Of a stretch of DNA of 55,157 bases, positions 39,506 to 51,292 are shown in pieces. The notes under the pieces were generated by a model. It was given only the letters and a program-made list of their open reading frames with translations, did not search any database and was not told the DNA's origin. Numbering within the stretch: the first letter of the stretch is position 1; every line of letters starts with the position of its first letter. The translations under genes were made by a program, and so were the position numbers. This DNA is from Octopus bimaculoides. Lineage: Eukaryota. The stretch covers positions 6,333,653 through 6,388,809 of the forward strand of contig NC_068984.1 of the NCBI RefSeq assembly GCF_001194135.2, read 5' to 3'.

Positions 39506-39696
39506 AGCATATTCTGTTGTGTCTGGGGAGTGTCATTCTCTTTTAGTGCCTTATAAATTAACACACTCACCAGTAAAATTTCCACTTATTTCTTTTTTAT
39601 TTTTCTAAAATTTTTGTTGCGTCTTGCAATCTTTTCAATAGTTTTGAAGTCAAAACTAAAAGAGAATGACTCTCCCCAGACACAACAGAATATGCT
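39506..39696. repeat. 42-bp inverted repeat (41/42 matches) with 107-nt spacer
   Basis: agcatattctgttgtgtctggggagtgtcattctcttttagt (39506-39547) versus actaaaagagaatgactctccccagacacaacagaatatgct (39655-39696). Confidence 0.9.
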
Positions 39697-41402
39697 ATAG
39701 ATTAAAATCTGGTTATTGAAAACTGAAGTTGTCAAGAAAAATTAGGGAACCATCATGTTACACAAAAATAACAATTTTTAGTTTTACACAGTCATCTATA
39801 TAAGAATAAACATCATTAAAAAGAGATATAAGACCTTATTGCCAAATAGAAGTAAATCACAGAAATTAGGAAGCAAGAAGTAAACAATGCTGTGTGAGTG
39901 AGAAAAATGAAGATATTGGTAATTTAAGTAATGACCATTCAGAATAAGGCTAAAGTAAAGAGAATGAACATACAGCTACTTCAAATCAATAAATTCTCAA
40001 ACCAAGATCATATAAGTTCTTGTATCTAAGACAGAAACCATTAATTTAGTCATGTTAAATGCATACACCAGCCACTGTAGTGCAAAAGATGGAAAATTCT
40101 GCAATTCCAGGCATTTCAAATATTTGTAGGCATACAAATTTAATATCAGGCTATTCTTAAAACTCAGTCTGTATAAGTGGGAAATATATCTATTCTTAGC
40201 TAGTTTGAATATGGAGAAAAGGGTGATATCTTTACCATAAAGTAGAGGAAGAACAGAATATCAATGCTGTTTTCAACTTCACCATTCAGTGACAAATGGT
40301 TCTATAAATAAGCAAAATTCATTAAATGAAGTAATAATAAAATTTTAAAAGACTCGAAAGAAAACTATAAATATAAAGTAAAATTCAAGGGGTACATTTT
40401 ATTCCTATTTAAAAATATGGAATCTACTTTCTTTTCACCCAATTAACAATCAATATTAATTTTCTGACCCTATTTTTTTCTCAAAGTTGATTAATAGATA
40501 ATGCTATTTCATGAATGCCCCATTACTGGTTTTTGATTGATCTCCACGGCAGAAAGGCATACAAACTGATGTTTGATTCTTATTGAAACTTCAGAGCTAG
40601 CTCTATTAACAATCAATTCTGAAAATGGTTACTAATCACAGTGTTCTACTAGAATCTGTCAGGTGAAACATATAATTATCCCCTTACGTAACAAGATTAT
40701 GCATTAATTATTGGCAGTAATTTCCTTGAACACAAGTTTCCCTGCTGATTCTGCACAGCTCTCTGTTAGTTACTGAATAATTAAATGACCATCACTTTTT
40801 AGGTGATGTTAGGACTTTTAAATACCCACTCGGGAAGTGTGTAAGTCAGGCTCTTTTTATGTCAGGGCTACTGTGTGTGTACATATAAGTGTGAGGATCT
40901 TTGTGTCAATGCTGTGGTATGTAAGCATTGTATGAGGTCCTTTATGTCCTTTGTGTCAAAACTGCTGAGTAGTAGTAGTAGTAGTAGTAGTAGTATGGTA
41001 TATGTGGATGAGTGGGGGAGAGAACAAAACATTGAAAGCAGTGCTTCAGAATGACTTAGCTTTGATGACAAAAATAAGCTCAAGAACTGCAGGACAACTT
41101 ATTCTTTTCAGTGTAAACTGTCCCAATACTACTTCAATCAAAAAGACAACAGGTGTGACAGATGGTAAGATAAGAATATTAACGAAATGAGGGGCCATAA
41201 AATATGTAACAGGCTTCAAGCTATAACTGTAGCTAAGCTGTTCTGTAGCTCCTGGCTGCACAAAATTGTGAAAGAGTTTTAATACATGCAGAAGACCTTA
41301 TTTGTTTGAATCTGAATATTTAAATCATCCCTACTCTGAGTTTCTTACCTTTTCACTAAAATATTCATTATTTACATGTATTGTTTTTGTTTTTGATTTC
41401 AG

Positions 41403-41585
41403 AAAGCAAGATTGGCTCGTATCCGCATGGCTAAAAACGCTAGTGGTGCAGCCTTTATCACTAGCAAGAAACGAACTGAAGAAGTCGTACTTGCTAGAGA
41501 AAGTGGTCTTGAAGTAGATGACTACAAAGAAGACATATTCGAGTTACAGCATCATCATCTCTTAACCTGTCTAGAAAAAACTACT
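41403..41585 (+). CDS. Shal: Shal/Kv4 next coding exon, proximal C-terminus
   Basis: Acceptor tttttgatttcAG at 41401-41402, donor GTAAGT at 41586. 183 nt, phase 0-0, in frame with the previous exon: KARLARIRMAKNASGAAFITSKKRTEEVVLARESGLEVDDYKEDIFELQHHHLLTCLEKTT. KARLARIR and FELQHHHLLxCLEKTT are conserved Kv4 motifs. Confidence 0.96.
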
Positions 41586-44108
41586 GTAAGTACCATCATG
41601 TATTTAAATATTGTGCCAGTTAATTTCATTTTTATTCACACACACACATACATTGTAGGACAAGATTGATTATATAGTTTGAAAATTTATGATGAGCAGT
41701 TTCATAATAGAAGGTAACTACTGAAGCTTGATAGAGACTATGTAAAAGGAGTATAATAAGCCCTGAATTACTGCAAAACTTAAATGAATATTTGCAGTAC
41801 AGAAGCAAAGCTGTAGAAGCAAAAATAATGAAATATTTTAATTCATAAAATATAATCAATTTTGCCTCCACCATGCAACAATTTATGTGTGTGTGTGTGT
41901 GTGTGTGTGTTTATATATTTTAACAAGTACATTTTTTAATGGTCTCCTATGATATCTTATCTTTTCCAAAGCATACCCATTGTCTTACAGAATCATCTGA
42001 ATTTTTTTAAATTTTTATTTTCAATGTTTTACTAATGAATGTTCTTTAACAGTACACAGGTAGTATGTCAACACTTCAAATAGAAGGATTCACAATTTGG
42101 GTGAGAATCTTGTCTAGTGCAAATTCTATATTTTGTTATTTTCAAAAGTGACAGCTGGTACACATTTATTGTTCTGGTAAGAATTCAAGAACATGTTGAA
42201 CTATTTGTACTATGTTATTTCATACATCAGTATCTCACTTATTTGTTTTCTCTTTCGCCACTATATATTTAATTAGATAAAAGGTCTGAAGATGTTAATG
42301 CTTAAATGTGGTTAAATGTAATCATAATTCCAAATAAACAAATATGATATGAAAAAAAGCAACAGATGTTTAAGATGCAATGGTGTTAACCTAATGGCTG
42401 AGTGGTGGCTGGTGTATTATGGTTCCCAGCAAAGACGCTTAAATTTCAGAAGTCAAATCTAATTAACTATAAATAAGTACCATGATGAAGTACATTTCCT
42501 TCTGTAAACATTAAGGGAAGAGAAAACAGAAGGTCAAAAAATATTGCATGGTCTATTCAAGAGTAGATGGACACTTCCAGTAAAATTATAGGCAAGTACT
42601 TTAAAGAAGAAAATGATCCTTAGTAATGCTATTCTTTAACTATGCTTTCATAATCAGATACAAGGTCATTTTCCATCACTTTAGAAATCATAGGCTTCAT
42701 ATCTACAAATTACATTGATACCTGTGGTAGGTTTTAAACTCTTACCCATGAGCCTATAGACCAGTTCAGTTAAAAGACATCTCCCAAGAATGTGATAGAA
42801 ACACTAATTTATGACAGTGTTTACAAACAAGTAAGAATATCTTGAAGTTTTGATTTTAATTCAAAATTTCAAAGAAAAGCAAAATATAGGTGTAAATCTT
42901 CTTGCTATCACTTCTATTGATCATGCAGAATACTTCCTTCAGTTTTTTTCAGATTTTAGTTCTATTTTATTGAGTCTAAACATCAGAGTATGCAAATATA
43001 GATTTTCCCTTTAATTGCTTAGCCATATGGTTACTATGCTACAAAATATAAATTACTATGCCACAAAATATGAATACTAGGTGACAGAGTCTACATGTAT
43101 AAACTTATACCTGTACTGAATAAATATATGAACCCATAGGTGATACACAGATTTTATAATCTTATATCCTTTGATGTGTCTTTGTTGTTTAATGCAAAAT
43201 CATTTTCATTTTGTCTTTTAAACATGCATATATTATTGTTGTATCATGCTGTAGGGTTTAAATATGGTGCTGCCAGAAGAGTTTGGAAAACAAATATTAG
43301 GTCCAGAAGCTGTATTGGACTGGCAGGTGTACTCTTATCCTGCAGAAAGCTCAGTTGAGGAAGAAAAAACGGTGAGAGTAAAGTGGCACCCTAGATAATC
43401 TCCAGTTTTAGTTATCCAACATAGAAACACACATTACTGCACAATGAAGTTTTAATTACATCAACCTATAGAAACTTGTTTTGTCTGAGAGCATAAATGA
43501 TCATTGGAAAAAAGCCATAAGGAAAAGAAATATAAAATCATACATACAGTCCTTTGCTATGCATATGAGTAATATATTTATATATATGTGTATATACATA
43601 TATACATACATATATATTTATATATATTACTTGTGTGTGTGTGTGTATGTATACACACACATAAATATGCATACATACATACATACATACATACATCATA
43701 GGTTTAAATACATGCATACACACACACACATGTACTATGTAATCCTCATTATTTTTATGTCTCCCTTTTCCGTACTGGCATGGTTTGGAAGAGAGATACT
43801 GAGGTAGTTTTCAATGGTTTGATACTATCTTTTCTTTGTTTTTCAAGGCAGATATTTTTTATTGCACTGGTCTTCAACAACAATGAAAACTATTGAGCTA
43901 TGAGACATAAAAATTTCAACGACAATGTATAGACACCTAAAAACTCTCTATCTGACACAAACACACACATAAATATAATACGTTTTCATTCATTTTCCAT
44001 TTACCAAATTTAACTTACAAAGTATTGATTAGCCTGAAGCTATGGAAGAAGTTGCTTGCTCAAGGTGCCATGCATGTGGTTCTGAAGTAAACTTGTTTAG
44101 CTATTCAA

Positions 44109-44163
<55 letters not shown>

Positions 44164-44172
44164 CATACACAT

Positions 44173-44755
44173 CAGTTGAAATATGCTTGTGGCATTTTTG
44201 GACTGATAAACAAGCCATTCACTGTGTTTTGTCATGGAGAAAATTTCTCGTTGTTGACAATGGTGTAAATACACATAGATCAGTTTGCAGTACCCCCTTT
44301 CCAGACTGTTAGATGCAGCATTTTGGAGTAGTTATCTCCTCTTCAGTCACAGACACTGCACAAAGGGTGCTGCGAACTGATGAAAGAGAGTTATTCTCTT
44401 ATACTATTTCAGCCATTGTATGATGGCTGACAACACTACATATTACTGCTTAATGCTCCTACTCTGTAATTTACTTATGGTGAGCTGCTGTGTAGTATTA
44501 TCAGTCATTGTACGATGACTGAAATAGTATAAGAGAATCACTCTCGTCAGTGTGCAGCGCCCTCTGCCTAGAGTCTATGACTGAAAAGGAGATAACTACT
44601 CTGAAATACTGCATCTCACAAGTTTGGAAAGCGGGTACTGCAAACTGATCTACATGATTTACACCAATGTCAACAGCAAGAAATTTTCTCCATAACAAAT
44701 CATAGTGAATGACTTGTTCCTCGGTCCAAACATGCCACAAGCATATTTGAATTGG
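44173..44755. mobile_element. ~580-bp palindromic foldback element
   Basis: Arms of ~270 bp align as reverse complements throughout (e.g. gaaatatgcttgtggcat/atgccacaagcatatttg, tagatcagtttgcagtacc/ggtactgcaaactgatcta, ttctcttatactatttcag/ctgaaatagtataagagaa). Roughly 80% identity by eye; loop about 30 nt near 44455-44485. Confidence 0.9.
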
Positions 44756-44879
44756 TAATAACATTGCATTTAAGCAGGTCCCTGCTTAACACTCCGACTT
44801 CATAATATATACCTATAGATATATATATATGCATACATACATACAGATGGACAGACAGATGGACAAACAGACAGACAAA

Positions 44880-45224
44880 TAGGCCAGTACTGCCTGACTG
44901 GCCTTCGTAGGATTTTCGAGCGAGATCGTTGCCAGTGCCCCTGGACTGGCTTGTGTGGGTGGCACATAAAAGACACCATTTCGAGCATGGCCGTTGCCAG
45001 TATCACCTGACTGGCCTTCATGCAGGTGACACATAAAAGCACCTACTACACTCTCTGAGTGGTTGGTGTTAGGGAGGGCATCCAGCTGTAGAAACTCTGC
45101 CAAATTTAGATTGGAGCCTGGTGTTGCCATCCGGTTTCACCAGTCCTCAGTCAAATCGTCCAACCCATGCTAGCATGGAAAGCGGACGTTAAACGATGAT
45201 GATGATGATGATGATGATGATGAT
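44880..45224 (+). mobile_element. Young RTE-type 3' UTR/tail
   Basis: Highly similar to 25015-25349. Confidence 0.85.
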
Positions 45225-46722
45225 ACAATGAAGATCCAAAAGATCATTGTTTAAACATCCATTTTCCCATGTATGGGTCACATGGAATTTGTTGTAGATT
45301 TTCTACAGTCAGATATCCTCCTTGTTGCGAACCTTTACCAGTTTTCAAGCAACATAATACTTCCGCAAGGTTGAACATACTTCAAAGAAGATTGGTAATT
45401 AAGGACTGTTTTGATGTATTTGTATGATGGTGACACTTGTTTACAAGTATCGTATAATGTCAGGACCAGGAAGCACAAACATATCCCCACACACCGATGT
45501 ACGATAGGCTTCTTTAAGTTTCCACCTTCCATATCCTTTCACAAAGCCTAAGGCAGCTGGGATCTTTAGAAGAAGACACTTGCACAATGTGTTTCCCAGT
45601 GTGATTGAATCTGAAACCACTTAATTTGGGAAGTGAACTCCGGAACCACGAAGCCAAGCTTGCACTTTGACCATCAAAAAGTTAATAAGAAATGATTATG
45701 CAGTGAGATAATATTTATTCAGCCTCTGTTGCTAACATACATTCTAATTATGCATTGAGGAAGGATAAAGACTATAGCTGAATGACTAATGTTATTTTTA
45801 ATAATTTCCGCAAGTACAAGAGATAACTAGTTGCAATCAGTTCTTGGCCTGGCTATGAGTGAATAAATTCTAACTATGGAAACCCTCAAAATGAAGGTGT
45901 TGCTTATGCACATCTTTATTAGTCATTGGCCATCAACTGGACAGGTGTGCTACATATCAAGTGGACATCAGCTATAGGCCATACTTTATGTTAAGCTATT
46001 ATTTGCATCATGCTGGCTGAGATAGTACTTACACTTCATTACAAAGCTGTGTTGAAATATGACCCTAATGTCTAGGACATTAACCACATGGAGAAGAAGA
46101 GTATTGATGTGAAGAGATAAATCTTGGAGCCTGACAATCTGATATGGAAGATAAACGTCTACAAAAGAATATATAAAAGCTTAACAAACACATAAATGTA
46201 AAACATAAACTTCATTTATATACACAAGAGTGTGTGCATGTGTGTGTGTGTGCATGTGTATGTGTGTCGTGTGTGTGCATGTGTTGTGTATATGCATGTA
46301 TTTGAATAAGAGATCAATGAAAGAAATATTTGTTGTAAAGTTCATGCTGCATGCTCTAGTTATCTCTTATTCAATCTATAAAAACAACAAATATGTTAAA
46401 AAAAAATATACATAATTCAATGTACAATGAGCTCCTGACCATTTATAAATATACCGGTGGATGGTTGTGACAGATAAGTACATATGCCATGTTCTTATAC
46501 GTATATACATTGATAATAAATTCACAATGCCTCAAAACATCAATAATATAAACTTAGAAATATACTAATAGAAAACACAAAGCAATAAGTTTAAGAACTT
46601 ACAACAGAATATAGGAAACTAAATATGAAATGTCTAAAAATAGTGCAAAACTGTCTTTTTTAATAAGATATGCATCAGTCCCCACATCTAGTACAACACA
46701 AACAACTGCACTTTATGTGGGT

Positions 46723-46764
<42 letters not shown>

Positions 46765-46914
46765 ATATATATGTGCATGTATGTACATACATGTATGTAT
46801 ATATATAGATATGTGTGCATATGTAAATATAATATATATGCAAACACATTTTATCTTGTGGTACAAAAACATAAAAGAATTCAATACAACATTATGTTGG
46901 AAGTTAGTAGAGTC

Positions 46915-46974
<60 letters not shown>

Positions 46975-47357
46975 ACATTTACACACACAATTCCTAATCA
47001 GCCTACAGACATACAACCATTGACCAATGGGCTGACTAATCAAAACCATGATACAAGTGTAAAATCCTTGTTTATGTCACATAAGTTAACATATATGCTG
47101 TTTGACATACAACAACTCTATCTCAACTGTGCTAGAACGACCATCGTCATCTTTTGAAATACTAATTTTCTGAAAAAATTACATTCAGGAGTCATAGCTT
47201 TCTCATCAGAAAATAAGAAAATGTTCTTGCTTCAAGTAACTGTGCCAGCTCACAACATAGCCCCAAATATACTTAGATATGAAATGCTCTTATCATATAT
47301 GTGAATGATCATCTCTTTTAACTTCACACATCTAGGACTGATAATACAGTTCTATAT

Positions 47358-47519
47358 TTAAGAGATGAAGAATTATGTACATTATTTACATTTGATGGAT
47401 ATTTGTCCTCATCTTGTTTCTTGTTAACACAACATTTCGGCTGATATACCCTCCAGCCTTCATCAGGTGTCTTGGAGAAATTTTGAACCTGGGTTCTCAT
47501 TCCTAAGGTATTTTTTCGA

Positions 47520-47571
<52 letters not shown>

Positions 47572-47678
47572 NNNNNNNNNNGTTAACACAACATTTCGGC
47601 TGATATACCCTCCAGCCTTCATCAGGTGTCTTGGAGAAATTTTGAACCTGGGTTCTCATTCCTAAGGTATTTTTTCGA

Positions 47679-47710
<32 letters not shown>

Positions 47711-47982
47711 CCACTGCTTGGAATCGAACTTGAAATCTTGGGGTTAGTAGCCTGCACTCTTAACCACTACGCCATATACCCGGGCTACTAACCCCAAGAT
47801 TCCAAGTTCGATTCCAAGCAGTGACCTGAATAATAATAATAACATTGAAAAACACCTTAAGAATGAGAAACCAGGTTCGAAATTTCCCCAAGACACATGA
47901 TGAAGGCTGGCAGGTATATCAGCCGAAATGTGTTAACAACAAACAAGATGAGGACAAATATCCGTCAAATGTAAATAATGTA
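47358..47982 (-). mobile_element. tRNA-headed, hammerhead-containing SINE-like element plus inverted 5'-truncated copy
   Basis: Minus strand from 47781: GGGTATA-TGGCGTAGTGG (A box 47774-47764)...GTTCGATTCC (B box 47729-47720), then (TAA)n, then the hammerhead. 47782-47982 is the reverse complement of the left arm, lacking the A box. Confidence 0.85.
47426..47471 (-). ncRNA. Minimal type I hammerhead ribozyme motif (repeated at 47585-47630 across the gap)
   Basis: GACAC-CTGATGA-A-GGCTG-(GAGGGTATAT)-CAGCC-GAAA-TG-T-T-GTGTT: both core boxes, 5-bp stem II, 5-bp stem I with one G-U, vestigial stem III, GUU triplet. Confidence 0.72.
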
Positions 47983-49409
47983 TCTAAGACTGAATTCAGA
48001 AGATTATCTATTACTGAGAATATTCTATCACTGCCTTCCTTTCAAACTGTATTACTTCTGATCCTTTTAATGTAACAAGCTCTGCTCTTTAAATTTGTCT
48101 CTCCACATTCTCATCACTACACACATCAGCTTCCTTGCTTCTATGCTACCCATATACTTTTCTGTACTTGCACTTCGCACCAAACAATATATGCTGCCTC
48201 TCATTATAGTCTTTGCCAGTCAGTGATACTATTTCACCACAATTACATTAACCCTCAACCTTCATATTTAATAAGGCATTGCTATACCAGTTCCCTTGAA
48301 TACATATGAATACAGAAACACGTATGTGCAAATATTAACACACACATGTATGCATGTATGTGTGTGTGTGTCTATTACTGAAGTGGAGCAGCTAGTGTAA
48401 CCAAAGACCACTTTATAAAATCAGTTAGAACACAAATACAAAGAATATATGAAAGAGAATTAAAAGAGAGTACTCAGTACTCTTAATTATCTCTCATATA
48501 CTTTGTATTTCAATGCACACTGATCATATACAGATATTCTCCATTCAAACCAAGTTTAATCTTCAAGAATTTAATGTAATTGCACAAACAAAAATCCCCT
48601 GCCTCTCTCTTACTCTCTATTTTTCTTCTCTCTCTCCCACACTCTCTCTCTCTCACAAACACATACAAGCACTTGAGTACACACTTACAAATGGGACTAC
48701 ATCAATGTTTAATCAATGAGAAAGGTTAAATTACGTATTTAAGAAACTTCCGTTTAAAAGAATGTAACTATATTTCATTTCAAATCTATAGAATGAAAAT
48801 AACATAATAGAATAAAAAGCAAAAAATGCAATCAGCCAAATAATTAAAATTAATTGGGTTTTTTTTAATCCTCAAAGATTATGAGATTATTTACTTTCTG
48901 TTTCTAAAAGCTTTAGATTATATTTGGATTTAATTCAGTTTGAAAATTTAGAGTTGACAAGCAGTTATAAGCCCTTATCTCTCTTCACTGTGTTCCTTGA
49001 TGTACCTGTCTATCAATTCAGGGTTTCTCCACCAGGGGTTCAGATGATTTTACCATTTCTAATCATTTCCAAATGGCTATATTCCAGGTGAGTTATCTTA
49101 TGCAAATAGCTACAGTTGAAGACCAATAAACAAATAAATGAAATGAAAATAGAGAATAAATGATAGAAAGGAGAAAAAAACCCCTCTATTTAAACATGAC
49201 TACAGCACTATATCAATAATGCAATGAATATTTAATACTTAAACAATCCATCCCAACTGGCATATAATGCTTTTCAAGTATGAAAACAGAGAAAGTAATT
49301 TTACCTCAAGATAATTACAGACGAAATACTAGCATTTGTATGTACTCACTTACACGCACGCGCCCACACACACACACACACACACATGCTTTTCTCTCTT
49401 TTATATATA

Positions 49410-50030
49410 CAGGGTGTGCTAGGTAACTGAAAACTAAACAAAACAGAAGGAGAAACAAAAACAAACCAACATTCTCCTAGAAAAATAGTATGCATTTTCA
49501 ACTAGATACACAAAGAAAGTGACCAATCAACAAAACCAACCTCAGTCCTTATGACAGCTTTGATGCAGTGATTGAAATGACTACGTCAGGATAGCTCGCC
49601 TCTCCCCATGCCACTCCTAGCTGGTCCCCTTACTCAATAATACCACAGATATAACAATCCAGTAGTCAAATCATGAGTGCTACGAGATAACTTATCACAT
49701 ATTTCTCCTGAGTTTTGCTGGACATCAACTGCCCACTTGTCATCATGTAAGACATCCTCATACACCACATATCTGACAATGGACTCTGCCACATTGAGCT
49801 GCTTTGCAATAGCTTTCACTGATATGCTGGGATGGTCGTTGATGATGTCCTGCACATGCTGGATAAACACAACTATCTTGACAACATCTGACCACTGAAT
49901 AGGTATTTTTCTCTTGGTCACAGATGGCATGCCCTGGCCGGAGGCCTCAAGCTTTTTCCTGACCATTAACTCAAAGAACCCAGCTATGTTCAAGAAGGTG
50001 GCAATCTCCAACTAAAGTCACAAACACAGT
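49410..50030 (-). mobile_element. Internally deleted Tc1/mariner-superfamily element
   Basis: (TA)n+CAGGGTGTG terminus. Minus ORF 49634-50011 has the HTH-like QHVQDIINDHPSISVKAIAKQLNVAESIVRYVVYED; C-terminal KAVIRTEVGFV near 49535-49570. The other TIR was not confidently found. Confidence 0.65.
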
Positions 50031-50769
50031 ACACTTTTTCATCTATATAAGACTGGAATTTGGCATACAAATGCTATTGATATACCCAGGTGTATCAATG
50101 CCAAAAATTAAATGAAAAAATAAAAATTTGGTACATACCACAAAATAAAAATTATGTTAGGTCATCTTTCATTTACACCCTACTAAAGTTAACTCATAAA
50201 CACCCAGAACACCCAGTACGTACGTGTGTGTGTGTGTGTGTGTGTGTGTAATCATTATCACTAACATCTTCATTGCCAAATTAGTCAGTTTATAATAATG
50301 ACTATTCTGAATTTACTAAAGTCCTTTTCAATTTTTATCATTTGTAAATTTTAACCGTTTAAAAATCATATGTCATAAAAATATATGTGTACACACCTTA
50401 TTATTTTTATGAATAAACTAACGAAAAAACTTAGGGCCCATAAATTTATCAATAGAGTATTTTCACTGACATAACTAAATTATGATTAATAATAGTGGTA
50501 TTAGTGATAGATAGGGAGAATGAATGGTTGAAAGTTTTTAGAGTAAGTAGAAAGACTTTTGAAGACTACCAAGGCACACCTGCTGGATGGAGACTCAGAA
50601 GTAAAGAGGGCACTAGAAAGCTTCATGTAGTAAACCAAGATATTTAAATTTAAACTATACCTTAATCAAGAGAGCAATTATTACCTAAATAAATTACTTA
50701 ATTTAGTCAAACACTGAAATTAATATTGGTTTCAAATTTTGGCACAATTTCCATTTGATTGTAATTTGA

Positions 50770-51100
50770 ATCAAATCAAATCAAATCACAATCAAATGGA
50801 AATTGTAATTGTGGCAGATGCCAGTGCTGCTTGACTGGCTCCCATGCTGGTGGCATGCAATAAGCACCATTCATGTGTGGGTCATTGCCAGTGCCGCCTG
50901 ACTAGCTCACGTACCAGTAGCACATAAAAAGCACCCACTACACTCTCAGAGTGATTGGCGTTAGGAAGCTGTAGAAACATTGCCAGATCAGATTGGAACC
51001 TGGTGCAGCCACCTGGCTCGCCATTCCCCAGTCAAACCGTCCAACCCATGCCAGCATGGAAAACAAACATTAGATGATGGTGATGATGATGATGATGTCA
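50770..51100 (+). mobile_element. RTE-type 3' UTR/tail
   Basis: gatgccagtgctgcttgactggc...aaagcacccactacactctcagagtg...ccaacccatgccagcatggaaa...(gat)n. Confidence 0.8.
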
Positions 51101-51109
51101 GCTGGTTTG

Positions 51110-51292
51110 AAGAAGAGGCTAAGTCGATTACATCAACTCCATTGTATAACTGGTACCTATTTTATTTGACCTCCAGAAGGATGATAAAAGCAAAGTTGAC
51201 CCTGGCGGAATTTGAACTCAGAATGTAAAACAGATGAGATGCCACAAAGCACTTAGCCCAGAGTGCTAACTATTCTACCAGCTTGCCACCTT
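51110..51292 (-). mobile_element. SINE family A copy (further minus copies at ~35265-35460, 53325-53540, 53570-53710)
   Basis: aactggtacc...aaagttgaccctggcggaatttgaactcagaa...gcttgccacc. Confidence 0.8.

Noticed and set aside
44377-44404. CTGATGA followed by a 6-bp hairpin inside the foldback
   Set aside because: The hairpin is followed by ATAC, not GAAA, in both arms; not a hammerhead.
47423-47706. Tandem duplication of the hammerhead segment on either side of a 10-N gap
   Set aside because: The copies are identical apart from (ATT)n length and abut a gap; most likely an unmerged contig overlap or two haplotypes, not a real tandem ribozyme dimer. Long reads would settle it.
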